A stretch of 64,000 bases of DNA from Balanoglossus misakiensis (Eukaryota > Animalia > Hemichordata): positions 11,041,403 through 11,105,402 of the forward strand of contig CM082587.2 in assembly GCA_040954595.2 (NCBI GenBank), read 5' to 3'. The translations under genes and the position numbers were made by a program. How positions within the stretch are numbered: position 1 is the first letter of the stretch; the number at the start of each line of letters is the position of its first letter. This document shows, in pieces, positions 50,249-63,900 of this stretch. A model generated the notes under the pieces. It was not told where the DNA came from, made no database searches, and saw only the letters and a list, made by a program, of their open reading frames with translations.

Positions 50249-51429
50249 AGGAACCAATTATCTTTGTCTGTGGTATTACTGGCATTTTTTAGGGCCCAAG
50301 CGCACGCTAACTACACTTCGCACCGTAAATGATTTCGTCTGAGGTGACAACCCATTTATGCAGCCGGTCTCCACAGCCCAATTAGCGAGGGACATTTGGG
50401 ACATATGCGATAGATTTGTCCTTTTTCAACTGTTCCGGCAGAGATTATTGGAGATTCTCCCTTGATGTGCCGAATAATTTTCTCAATTGGCCAAAAATTT
50501 GGAAGGTCAACATAACAACAGCCTTCCACATTGCTTCAAACTCTGGCTTCAGGTTGTAAAGCCGAAACATAGCATTGCTATGCGAATTTCGTAAATATAG
50601 TTAGCTCTATAATACAATGAGAGGACCATTGCATCCACCGGTAGCACAAACATAATTGTCATCTTGTCCTGAAAATGGTGCTGTCTGACGATTTCCCTTT
50701 CCAGCGTACCAGTCAGACCAAGTTAGCACTGGCCGGACTGGCTTACCTTTTTGTATTTTTATTTACTGTTGGGTTCAATAGAGAGAACGATCAAGAGAAT
50801 TAACAAATGGACTGCAGCCCTTCATGCGCGTCAATTTAGTTTAATGAGGACAAACCAGGATTTCACATGTATTTTAGATTTTATTTTATTTGAATTAATA
50901 TTGCTTCACCCTTATCTCGTCCCCAATTTAATTTTTAATGTACTTACCATTATTTTGTTAACTTAAATGATTTTGATCTGAGAAAGGGACGTATACGTAA
51001 TTACCATACATTATTTATTGCTACGCTCTCTGACATTGGGGCAAAAAGCAGATGTGTGTGCTGTATTCAACTGCAGACATCCTGGAAGCAAAACTCTGTG
51101 AACCCGTGGTGTTTACGAAAATAACATGTATTTACATCAAGGCTTGATAAGAAAGATGACATTTAAATATGTAATAGACAAATAAGTTACCATGGACGAT
51201 TACGATTACCCAAAAAACTAAGCACGTGCCTAACTCACCTTTGACAAATACAAACAAGTCATCCGCGAACGAGACTGGAAATGCAAATTTATGCAGATAC
51301 AAATGGCTCCTCGATATCGAAGACTCGTGGAAAGACTCCCCCGACTTGAATAGCTTTTTTATATTTACTGTAAAGGACAGTTTTGGTGTGATAGTCGTGA
51401 CAGACACTAGTATTAGCGCTGTGTCTTAA

Positions 51430-52927
51430 TAGTCCTGTTTCATAAGTCAGGTCCATGACATATGTACCGACATCTGTGATTGGTCCATCTGGTAATCTTA
51501 GGTCCACTTGCGGCGCGCTGATTGGAGGGACCTTATGTGTTAGGTCTTATCATTATGTATTATTCACTAGACCTTGTAGGTTAGGTCTTATTACTATGTA
51601 TTATTCACTTTACAGCTCCTTGATTGGTTAATGTGTAGGTCTTGTCCTCCAGTGTTCACTGCCTCATTATGCAGGACCTTGTAGGTTAGGTCTTATTAAT
51701 ATGTATTTATTCAATTTTCAGTTCCCTGATTGGTTAATGTGTAGGTCTCCAGTTTTCACTGCCTCGTTATGCAAAGTCTTTTGTACTTTCTGAATACTGT
51801 TGTCGTATTCTGTCTGGCATGCTACCTGCGCGTGGTCGAAGCTCGTGATCGATCCCAGTGTATAAAGAAAGGCACTCATATAATGATTGGATTTCACATT
51901 TTCCTTCACACTATTCATGGCATTTTATGTGGAACTGTGAACTAGATACTCGAAATAAAAATTGCCAGGAGAAATTTCGCATTTATTTCCAGTGGCGGTT
52001 TGTTGAAATGGGCTAGTGTTTTGTTACGTAATGCCTTTCAGCGCATCACTTCCTGTAACATCTGGCTGAATACGAAGTGTGTGCTATTCATTCGAGCAAA
52101 CCAAAAAAATCTTACAATAGAAATGTTTAGAATAGCATTGCATTTCTTTGGGATACCTCATTAGTTGCTTTACAGGTATGATTACTTTTATTGTACTTCT
52201 TTCACGAAGCTGCACCGTCACAGTTCCATTTTATGAAAACAATATACGAATGTATAAACGGACAACGTGCTCCTTATCACAACATCTTCGTCAAAACAAA
52301 TTTACTTTAAAATAGTAATAACAACAATAATAAAATTGATGATGAGAAGTAGGAGGGTGATTAAAAAAATATACAACTTAGCTAAAATGCTTAGATGAGT
52401 TAATCAGATTTTCAAAGTCCACCTAAAAGATCATTTAATCTTTCCAGGGTGCGGTTTATGTTGGAGATAGTATCAGTCAGGCTATTTCTCAGAAAATCAA
52501 TGAACGATCTGCGGACACCCCGAATAATGTGTTACCACAACGCTAGCCAGGAAGCACATGGGACATTTCACAAAGAGGCAGTGAACACTGGGGGGACCAG
52601 ACTGACACGTTAACCAATCAGGGAGCTGTATGGTGAATAAATACATATTAATAAGACCTAAGCTACAAGGTCCTGCATAATGAGGCAGTGAACACTGGAG
52701 GACCAGACCTACACATTAACCAATCAGGGAGCTGTAAAGTGAATAATGCATAGTAATAAGACCTAACCTACAAGGTCTGGTGAATAATACATAGTAATAA
52801 GACCTAACACATAAGGTCCCTCCAATCAGCGTGCCACAAGTGGACCTTAGAGAAGCGGATAAACCAATCACAACATGTAATACATGTGCATAGGACCTGT
52901 AATGTAGGTCATCTTGAAACAGGACTA
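51430..52927. mobile_element. 1.5-kb TIR element, TAGTCCTGTTTCA..TGAAACAGGACTA (Academ-like), with ~350-bp repetitive imperfect inverted arms
   Basis: 13-bp perfect terminal IR; arms at 51430-51775 and 52575-52927. It sits between GTGTCTTAA and (C)TTCGCCTCACC, which are contiguous in the downstream tandem units. No clear TSD. Confidence 0.75.
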
Positions 52928-52928
52928 C

Positions 52929-55900
52929 TTCGCCTCACCGACGGTCGCAACACGACTTTCCGCTCGCACGTGTTCGCTCGACCACACTCCTATTTTCCGG
53001 AGAGCAATGGCGGGCGAAGCGCGAAGATGTAGCAACACTTGGCATTTCTCTACTAGTACACGTGTACTCTGGGCACCGTACTCCTCACGGGATCTGATTC
53101 ACTCAGATCAGTACACGTCCTCTAGTGTTTAATGCCACATCATTTTTGAGTGCATATGTCTCGAATTGTACCAAATAAGTTAACATGGACGATTACATTG
53201 ACACCCAACAAACTAAGCACATGACTAACTCGCCTTTGCCAATTACAAACAAGTCACCCGCGAACGAGGCTGGGAGGCGTGGCTTTCTGGTATGCAAATG
53301 CAGATACAAATGGCTCCTCGAGAACGAAGACACGTCGAAACACTTCTCCGACGTAGTCTGTTTTTATATTTACTGTAAATGAGTTTTGGTGTGATAGTCG
53401 TTACAGACACTATTATTATTTGCTGTGTCTTAATTCGCCTCACCGACGGTCGCAACACGACTTTCCGCTCGCACCAGTTCGCTCGACCACACTCCTATTT
53501 TCCAGAGAGCAATGGCGGGAGAAGCGCGAAGATGTAGCAACACTTGGCATTTCTCTACTAGTACACGTGTACTCTGGGCACCGTACTCCGCACGGGATCT
53601 GATTCACTCAGATCAGTACACGTCCTCTAGTGTTAATGCCACGTCATTTTTTGAGTGCATAGCTGGGATGAAATGACAGTTTATTATCAGTCTGTACACA
53701 TGACATTTTCGGCCTATTTGAAGTGTGCACAAGTTTTATAAGCTTTATAGGACCATCGCAGCTCTAAGTCACAATACAGAACTAGGTTTCGGCATGGCAT
53801 ACGATCAACTTAAGAGCTAGGGGTGGCCAGATAATGCGTTTTATTGACCCCTACAGTACGGAACTAGGGGAGGGCATGGCATTTTATTATGAGTTGTAGA
53901 ACTAGGCAAGACATTGGCAGACATTTTACTAAACCAAGTACATGACCATTACAGTTGATTAGCCTAAACGTTTCAGTTCATAACTAGGAACATGGGCATG
54001 ATATGTTACTAACAGTTCAAGTACCATTACTACCCTTGGGGTGGGAGTAACATTTTATGAACAACTATAGAGAAGCAGGGAGGGCATGACATTTTTATTA
54101 TTGGTAACTTATAGTACAAAGTGAGTGTTGGACATGACATTTGACTAACAGTTATAGTACAGAACTAGGGGAAGGCATGGCATTTTACTAAAAAGCAAGG
54201 GATGTGCATGATATTGTACTTACCGTGAAGTATTACATGTAGTACAATGAGGGATTGTCATAACATTTTATTAACAGCAACAGTACAGAACAAGGGCAGG
54301 GTATGACATTTTATTATCAATTAACACAGCAAGGGGATGGGCATGGCGACCTTGGCGGGCGAAGCGCGAAGATGTAGCAACATTTGGCATTTCTTTACTA
54401 GGACACGTGTACTCTGGGCACCGTACTCCTCACGTGATCTGATTCACTCAGATCAGTACACGTCCTCTAGTGTTTAATGCCACATCATTTTTGAGTGCAT
54501 ATGTCTCGAATTGTACCAAATAAGTTAACATGGACGATTACATTGACACCCAACAAACTAAGCACATGACTAACTCGCCTTTGCCAATTACAAACAAGTC
54601 ACCCGCGAACGAGGCTGGTAGGCGTGGCTTTCTGGTATGCAAATGCAGATACAAATGGCTCCTCAAGAACGAAGACACGTCGAAACACTTCTCCGACGTA
54701 GTTTGTTTTTATATTTACTGTAAATGAGTTTTGGTGTGATAGTCGTTACAGACACTATTATTAGCGCTGTGTCTTAATTCGCCTCACCGACGGTCGCAAC
54801 ACGACTTTCCGCTCGCACCAGTTCGCTCGACCACACTCCTATTTTCCAGAGAGCAATGGCGGGAGAAGCGCAAAGATGTAGCAACACTTGGCATTTCTCT
54901 ACTAGTACACGTGTACTCTGGGCACCGTACTCCTCACGGGATCTGATTCACTCAGATCAGTACACGTCCTCTAGTGTTAATGCCACGTCATTTTTTGGGT
55001 GCATAGCTGGGATGAAATGACAGTTTATTATCAGTCGGTACACATGACATTTTCGGCCTATTTGAAGTGTGCACAAGTTTTATAAGCTTTATAGGACCAT
55101 CTAAGCTCTAAGTCACAATACAGAACTAGGTTTCGGCATGGCATACGATCAACTTAAGAGCTAGGGGTGGCCAGATAATGCGTTTTATTGACCCCTACAG
55201 TACGGAACTAGGGGAGGGCATGGCATTTTATTATGAGTTGTAGAACTAGGCAAGACATTGGCAGACATTTTACTAAACCAAGTACATGACCATTACAGTT
55301 GATTAGCCTAAACGTTTCAGTTCATAACTAGGAACATGGGCATGATATGTTACTAACAGTTCAAGTACCATTACTACCCTTGGGGTGGGAGTAACATTTT
55401 ATGAACAACTATAGAGAAGCAGGGAGGGCATGACATTTTTATTATTGGTAACTTATAGTACAAAGTGAGTGTTGGACATGACATTTGACTAACAGTTATA
55501 GTACAGAACTAGGAGAAGGCATGGCATTTTACTAAAAAGCAAGGGATGTGCATGATATTGTACTTACCGTGAAGTATTACACAGTCGGCCCGATCGCCAA
55601 AAAAGGAAATCTCATGAATATTTAAATAAGGTGTCAAAGGTAACGTTTCGCCCAATCAGATTCCTGGTTTTCGACTCATGCATATCATTTCTATAGAAAA
55701 TATGCATACCCGTAGTTTTAGTTCAATTAAATAAAATCTACGTCGCCTAAATGCCCAGGATTTTGTCCGAGGACACATTGATACACGCTCTAGCGATCTA
55801 CCGATGCGTTTTGAAATCGACCGTTGCGTTTTTTAGCGACAGCTGATAATTTCTGCCATGCCCAAGTCCCCACTGTCGACAACGGCGATGATGGCTATTC

Positions 55901-58900
55901 TTGTATGCTTCTGAAGTTTTAGTGCGGGGTCTTAGTTCAATTAAATAAAATCTAGGTCGCCTAAACGCTCAGGATTTTGTCCGAGGACACATTGATACAC
56001 GCTCTAGCGATCTACCGATGCGTTTTGAAATCGACTGTTGGGTTTTTTAGCGACAGCTGATAATTTCTGCCATGCCCAAGTCCCCACTGTCGACAACGGC
56101 GATGATGGCTATTCTTGTATGCTTCTGAAGTTTTAGTGCGGGGTCTTAGTTCAATCATAAAATCTACGTCGCCTAAATGCCCAGGATTTTGTCCGAGGAC
56201 ACATTGATACACGCTCTAGCGATCTACCGATGCGTTTTGAAATCGACCGTTGCGTTTTGTAGCGACAACTGATCATTTCTGCCATGCCCAGGTCCTCACT
56301 ATATATACATGTACACACGGAGCTCCGTGCTATATACACAACGGCGATGATAACAATCTTGTGCGTGAGCTAGGCCGCGGCTCAGTCACTCTCGATCCAA
56401 AAGTTTCATGATTTTTTATTCACAATTACCAATTACCGTAAATGAAAGAAAGAGTCGAATTCACAAAATATGACGATTACCTCATGAATGTGCGATGTCA
56501 ACTTGGAAACTGTTAGCAACCTCGCCAAACGTAAATTATATTACAACATACGCGCCGCGCAATAGCTCACAACACCGCTCATGCACACTCAGTCACCGTA
56601 CTACGAGTTTACTACGAGTATCGCTGTTGCCCCTGTATCAGTTGCGTCTTTATACCATACATGTAGCTGATATAGTCCGACTAGCACAAGTATGGATCGT
56701 TATACTTGGCCGCATTGACACTGAAAAGTGAGGCCCAAAGTTTACTGGAAGCATTTACCGAGTCATCGTCGGCTCGCACGGGTTGTTGGATCGACCAAAG
56801 TTTCCCTAACAAACCCATGCGTCCACGGTCTAAGGATTTGTTCTGCCAAGGTCTATTCGGATACCAAGAGCTTGGCGGGCGGAGAGGTTACCTAGTATAA
56901 ATGCAAGACAGCCTCAGGATGTCAGTGGCAGCAAAAGGCACTGGCCTTGTTGACATTCCTTCGCGCGTGTCATTTGTGCATATTTCTGATTGGGCGAAAC
57001 GTTACCTTTGACACAAATTTAAATATTCATGAGATTTCCTTTTTTGGCGATCGGGCCGACTGTTACATGTAGTACAATGAGGGATTGTCATAACATTTTA
57101 TTAACAGCAACAGTACAGAACAAGGGCAGGGTATGACATTTTATTATCAATTAACACAGCAAGGGGATGGGCATGGCGACCTTGGCGGGCGAAGCGCGAA
57201 GATGTAGCAACATTTGGCATTTCTTTACTAGGACACGTGTACTCTGGGCACCGTACTCCTCACGTGATCTGATTCACTCAGATCAGTACACGTCCTCTAG
57301 TGTTTAATGCCACATCATTTTTGAGTGCATATGTCTCGAATTGTACCAAATGAGTTAACATGGACGATTACATTGACACCCAACAAACTAAGCACATGAC
57401 TAACTCGCCTTTGGCAATTACAAACAAGTCACCCGCGAACGAGGCTGGAAGGCGTGGCTTTCTGGTATGCAAATGCAGATACAAATGGCTCCTCGAGAAC
57501 GAAGACACGTCGAAACACTTCTCCGACGTAGTCTGTTTTTATATTTACTGTAAATGAGTTTTGGTGTGATAGTCGTTACAGACACTATTATTAGCGCTGT
57601 GTCTTAATTCGCCTCACCGACGGTCGCAACACGACTTTCCGCTCGCACGTGTTCGCTCGACCACACTTCTATTTTCCGGAGAGCAATGGCGGGCGAAGCG
57701 CGAAGATGTAGCAACACTTGGCATTTCTCTACTAGTACACGTGTACTCTGGGCACCGTACACCTCACGGGATCTGATTCACTCAGATCTGTACACGTCCT
57801 CTAGTGTTTAATGCCACATCATTTTTGAGTGCATATGTCTCGAATTGTACCAAATAAGTTAACATGGACGATTACATTGACACCCAACAAACTAAGCACA
57901 TGACTAACTCGCCTTTGCCAATTACAAACAAGTCACCCGCGAACGAGGCTGGTAGGCGTGGCTTTCTGGTATGCAAATGCAGATACAAATGGCTCCTCGA
58001 GAACGAAGACACGTCGAAACACTTCTCCGACGTAGTTTGTTTTTATATTTACTGTAAATGAGTTTTGGTGTGATAGTCGTTACAGACACTATTATTAGCG
58101 CTGTGTCTTAATTCGCCTCACCGACGGTCGCAACACGACTTTCCGCTCGCACGTGTTCGCTCGACCACACTTCTATTTTCCGGAGAGCAATGGCGGGCGA
58201 AGCGCGAAGATGTAGCAACACTTGGCATTTCTCTACTAGTACACGTGTACTCTGGGCACCGTACTCCTCACGGGATCTGATTCACTCAGATCAGTACACG
58301 TCCTCTAGTGTTTAATGCCACATCATTTTTGAGTGCATATGTCTCGAATTGTACCAAATAAGTTAACATGGACGATTACATTGACACCCAACAAACTAAG
58401 CACATGACTAACTCGCCTTTGCCAATTACAAACAAGTCACCCGCGAACGAGGCTGGTAGGCGTGGCTTTCTGGTATGCAAATACAGATACAAATGGCTCC
58501 TCGAGAACGAAGACACGTCGAAACACTTCTCCGACGTAGTTTGTTTTTATATTTACTGTAAATGAGTTTTGGTGTGATAGTCGTTACAGACACTATTATT
58601 AGCGCTGTGTCTTAATTCGCCTCACCGACGGTCGCAACACGACTTTCCGCTCGCACCAGTTCGCTCGACCACACTCCTATTTTCCAGAGAGCAATGGCGG
58701 GAGAAGCGCAAAGATGTAGCAACACTTGGCATTTCTCTACTAGTACACGTGTACTCTGGGCACCGTACTCCTCACGGGATCTGATTCACTCAGATCAGTA
58801 CACGTCCTCTAGTGTTAATGCCACGTCATTTTTTGGGTGCATAGCTGGGATGAAATGACAGTTTATTATCAGTCGGTACACATGACATTTTCGGCCTATT

Positions 58901-59530
58901 TGAAGTGTGCACAAGTTTTATAAGCTTTATAGGACCATCGCAGCTCTAAGTCACAATACAGAACTAGGTTTCGGCATGGCATACGATCAACTTAAGAGCT
59001 AGGGGTGGCCAGATAATGCGTTTTATTGACCCCTACAGTACGGAACTAGGGGAGGGCATGGCATTTTATTATGAGTTGTAGAACTAGGCAAGACATTGGC
59101 AGACATTTTACTAAACCAAGTACATGACCATTACAGTTGATTAGCCTAAACGTTTCAGTTCATAACTAGGAACATGGGCATGATATGTTACTAACAGTTC
59201 AAGTACCATTACTACCCTTGGGGTGGGAGTAACATTTTATGAACAACTATAGAGAAGCAGGGAGGGCATGACATTTTTATTATTGGTAACTTATAGTACA
59301 AAGTGAGTGTTGGACATAACATTTGACTAACAGTTATAGTACAGAACTAGGGGAAGGCATGGCATTTTACTAAAAAGCAAGGGATGTGCATGATATTGTA
59401 CTTACCGTGAAGTATTACATGTAGTACAATGAGGGATTGTCATAACATTTTATTAACAGCAACAGTACAGAACAAGGGCAGGGTATGACACTTTATTATC
59501 AATTAACACAGCAAGGGGATGGGCATGGCA
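52929..59530. repeat. Compound tandem duplication of 504-bp and ~1345-bp units
   Basis: A marker ORF recurs at 53185, 54530, 57360, 57864 and 58368 (spacings 1345, 2830 including an insertion, 504, 504). A diverged partial copy lies at ~51180-51429. Confidence 0.95.
55582..57062. mobile_element. 1481-bp non-autonomous TIR element with ~79-bp TIRs, 5-bp TSD TTACA and an internal 214-bp x ~2.7 tandem repeat
   Basis: CAGTCGGCCCGATCGCCAAAAAAGG...CCTTTTTTGGCGATCGGGCCGACTG; TTACA at 55577-55581 and 57063-57067; empty sites at ~54233 and ~59415. Confidence 0.93.
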
Positions 59531-59907
59531 TTGGACTACCAGTTATAATACCAGTACTATGCTTGGGATAAGTGTAACATTTTACTTATAGCTTAGTACC
59601 AGTACAAAGATAGGGATGGGAATATCATTTCATTAACAGCTGAAATACATAAGGGGAGAGTATGATATTTTATTATTAGTCATAGTGTCACTAATGGTAT
59701 AACATTTTAGTATGACACGTTTTGCAGAATTAGGAGCAGACATTATACTTTATTAACAGTACAGAGAATATTTTCATGAAATTGCAGATTGCAAGGAACA
59801 TTCAAAACTTTATTTTGTTATGTTTATGTTAATGCCATATCAGATACCTCATGTGCAACTATCACTGTTTCAACTTTCATATACAAGTATTTTTCAGCAA
59901 CAGTAGG

Positions 59908-60127
59908 GAAGGGGTCGTCGCGCCGCGAGGGTGTCCCACCTTGATGAGAATATGCCCTCCCATACCAGTGCAAACCCCACTGCAGTCGCCACCACCTACT
60001 AGGATCTTCAGTTGCTGCCATGCTCAGTCTACACTACAGTTGGCTGCTTCGTTCATTCTAAGAATGATCTAATTTGTTGTGGATGAATTGTAATGTTTAT
60101 AAACAAACGCGGCGCGACGACCCCTTC
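59908..60127. repeat. 20-bp perfect inverted repeat enclosing 180 bp (MITE-like)
   Basis: GAAGGGGTCGTCGCGCCGCG (59908-59927) and CGCGGCGCGACGACCCCTTC (60108-60127). Confidence 0.8.
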
Positions 60128-60984
60128 ACTTTAATGTTGAGTTCAGGATATTCTTCCATACAGTCTTGCAAACTTATTGCATAATCTAGTTTCTATAAGA
60201 GCTTGTAGTAGAAACATACAGGCAGAGAGACGGCATAGATTCTTCTTGTAAAAAAAGTATTTTGTTTCTCATATCCCCACGTGCATCAATGTAGACACCC
60301 CCCCCCCCCCGCACCAACCTTTTTGGCTCCGAAGTGTAAACAAAGGAGTCTGTCAAGTTAGGTATGAGCTACCAGTCGAGAAACTGGGTAGTGAATTTGC
60401 ATATGTTAATGAGATTTTACTTTGAATTTCAACAGCGCCACCATTACTTCGAGAACCGTTGGTGTATTCTTTCAGTTTCAGAAAATCGTCTTTTTCTACA
60501 CCAAAAGGTGAGATTTGTGCCACCAAACTGCGTCCCTCAGGTTTGATAGACGTAACCTATCGTCCGATCGTGTTGAAAGTGGAAAATTTATCGTATTTCT
60601 GTTCGATCTCTGATATCATTTGTAAGCGACGTCTAGCGAATGTGGTAAAATAAACACTGCGTCGTTTCCGTTTGCAAGCATAAAATTGTTTCAAGTGTGC
60701 TTTTTGTATTAGTTTTATATCTATATGAACGGATATCGTTTCGTTTTGGCTCAAGCTTCCCAAAGTGGAGTTTCGGGCCATTGAATTTGAGTATGTTTTG
60801 GGTGGTCGACGCCAGCAAAATCCAATATGGCGGCTGATTGTTTACTCTCTCATCGGATCGTGATCGTGTCACTGAGGTGCATCCACGCATGATTCGTTGG
60901 ACTTATGTTTGACTAAATCGTGTATATTTTCGTCTCACATTAACATAGCTATCACTTTGCTATTGTTTTACCAGAGAAGTTAGT

Positions 60985-62048
60985 CAGGTGGAAATTTCAG
61001 AAAATGAGCATTTTAAAAGCATGTCAGGCATTTTTTGGTACAAGCTGGGAACAAGTTGTTTTTGGATATTTCGAATACGCTGATTTCGAATTTGCCTGTT
61101 CCCAAAAATTCTTTTCACGTTTTCATGTCGAAAATGGCAAATTAATTTGTGACGTCATAATTTCAAAATACCTAAAAGAAAACGCTGTTTGTAGCCATTA
61201 TGGTGCAATATCACAGGTCAACACCATAATAGTCTATTGAAATCATATTCTTATATTCATTTAAATATTTGTAAACAATTTTTTTAATTTAGAAACATTT
61301 TGTGAATTGGTAAAATGCTAATTTATGTTAATTAGGTCCAGGTGGAAATTTCAGAAAATGAGCATTTTAAAAGCATGTCATTCATTTTTTTGGTACAAGC
61401 TGGGAACAAGTTGTTTTTGGATATTTCGAATACGCTGACTTCGAATTTGCCTGTTCCCAAAAATTCTTTTCACGTTTTCATGTCGAAAATGGCAAATTAA
61501 TTTGTGACGTCATAATTTCAAAATACCTAAAAGAAACCGCTGTTTGTAGCCATTATGGTGCAATATCACAGGTCAACACCATAATAGTCTATTGAAATCA
61601 TATTCTTATATTCATTTAAATATTTTTAAACAATGTTTTTAATTTAGAAACATTTTGTGAATTGGTAAAATGCTAATTTATGTTAATTAGGTCCAGGTGG
61701 AAATTTCAGAAAATGAGCATTTTAAAAGCATGTCATTCATTTTTTTGGTACAAGCTGGGAACAAGTTGTTTTTGGATATTTCGAATACGCTGACTTCGAA
61801 TTTGCCTGTTCCCAAAAATTCTTTTCACGTTTTCATGTCGAAAATGGCAAATTAATTTGTGACGTCATAATTTCAAAATACCTAAAAGAAAACGCTGTTT
61901 GTAGCCATTATGGTGCAATATCACAGGTCAACACCATAATAGTCTATTGAAATCATATTCTTATATTCATTTAAATATTTTTAAACAATTTGTTTAATTT
62001 AGAAACATTTGGTGAATTGGTAATAATGCTAATTTATGTTAATTAGGT
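60985..62048. repeat. 354/355-bp tandem repeat, 3 near-identical copies
   Basis: CAGGTGGAAATTTCAGAAAATGAGC starts at 60985, 61339 and 61694. Confidence 0.95.
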
Positions 62049-63029
62049 GACACGCCCATCTAAAATCAATGGGTCTACAAAAGAGAGCCAACGGTGTTAA
62101 GTGAGGTGTCTATTCCAATGTTTTCAGGGTCAAGGAATTCAAATATGCAATCGTTTACCTTGTCAGACAAGGTGCAGCATGAAAAATATGCAAAATTAGC
62201 TTAATTAGTCATGATGTCATGCTAAAATTGACAACTGAAAGCTAAAGATACGACTTTGGCCTGTCAGGTGTCTATTCATATGTTTTTTGACAAATGTTTG
62301 CATTTTAATGAATAACTGAAATGAAACTTTTCATATTTGTATGTAATAGCATGTAAAAAACAACAAAATCAAACAAACTAACAAACAAACAAACAAATAA
62401 ACATACACAACGAGGATTTAGTGTAGACTGTACATGCTCGCTGGTAACATCGTGACCAACCGCTCCGTTAAAAAACACCAGAACATTGAACGTATGAACG
62501 TTTAGGTCCACAATTCACAAGTTATTGAACTATGAATGTATGTTCAATGTTGTGAAAAGCCAAAAACATACTTTTTGCCAACAAAACTGACATTTGTTAA
62601 CGTACAAGTTGTTCATTAATAGCGAAAGCACCGTATGGCCACACTCACATTATGCCAGCACCATATATTCATGCTTAGTTATAAGACGTTGAATGCACAC
62701 TGATGGCCCGACGTCCTCGGTGTTTTTTTGAAACCCGGTCTCTAACAACAATTTCTCTTCATAAGTAAAGAGTAATGTGTATTTTTATTACGGTTTTATA
62801 TATGATACTGTGTGCAAAGTGAAGATTGTGTCAGTGAGGCAACATATATACATGTATGTTTAATCCACTTGGGTGTCGTACTTGGCTCAGATGTGCGTTA
62901 ATGTGTACTAAACAAATTCAGATAGCGAGCCACAATATCTGTTGATGAGTTTCCATGGCAATTTTTTTCAAAATGGCCGCCAATACAGATGATCTCACCC
63001 ACAAAATACCAATTATAAAACACCAAAAT

Positions 63030-63900
63030 AAATTCATATTACAATATTTGAAACAAGAAACTGCTCAAAGAGTAATTTTCAAAATATTTATCATCACTAA
63101 ACTAGTTATAGGGGTAAATACAGGATCGAGATTCAGTCGCTAAAGAAATTCAAGTTTGGTAATAACACCGGTTACAACAAACTTAGTTAAAACACTGTAT
63201 AACCATAGATATATTATAATAGTGGCCTGGCATAAACAAAATTTTCATAACATTTGGGCATTTTGTGATAAAAGTTTAACAAGTAAAGCTCAGTTGATTT
63301 GTTCTTTTCCCCATAAAAATATCTTTGATGAACAAAATTCCAAATTTAGTCAACCCAGGAAAAACGGCATCTTGTTTCTCAACCTTATAAATTGATCTGA
63401 CCAGTTTGAATCAGTGCAGAATCTAGCTTTTCTATTTTATCTTCATCAAATGATTTATGCAAATAAAGAATCACTTCCCCATAAAATGGTGGCAGAAATC
63501 CAGTATCATGACAGTCGATTGGTTTGTTAAAGTTACTATAGAAACTAACTATGTCTAGGTTGCATGTACATAGATAGATGTTAGGAATCCAAATCAAAAT
63601 CTGTTTCAAACTTTTCATCCAATACTTGTCCTTCGGAAAGTGTTTTGATGAAGTCGCTTGAAGTGCTTTGTATTGCTCAAGTTATCGATAATTTTAATTG
63701 CACCTTGATGATAGTCAGCAGTTCTATTTTGACATGTTATTTTGTGTATTTTTGAACCCCCAAAATCAAAGAATAAAATGATAAAGTGAAAATAAGCTTC
63801 AAAACACCAAAAGTCTTCAGGATCACAGCTTTTCTGTAAAGAGTAAGATTTCGCTTACTTCATGCTATTAAATGAAATGAAGTTTTCCGTAATATCTCTT
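63030..63900 (-). pseudogene. Heavily decayed L1/Tx1-clade ORF2 C-terminal region
   Basis: Motifs appear in order across frameshifts: KRNLTLYRKAVILKTFGVLKLIF, DYHQGAIKIID, KALQ, LPPFYGEVI, WSDQFI..K..FF and FGILFIKDIF. Confidence 0.7.

Noticed and set aside
53185-58565. Five copies of the 65-aa ORF MDDYIDTQQ as a gene family
   Set aside because: They are a by-product of recent tandem duplication. The diverged copy at ~51192 does not keep the frame, and no motif is recognisable.
63030-63900. The missing ORF2 of the Keno-like element
   Set aside because: It lies upstream of ORF1 on the minus strand and is far more decayed, so it is an independent older insertion.
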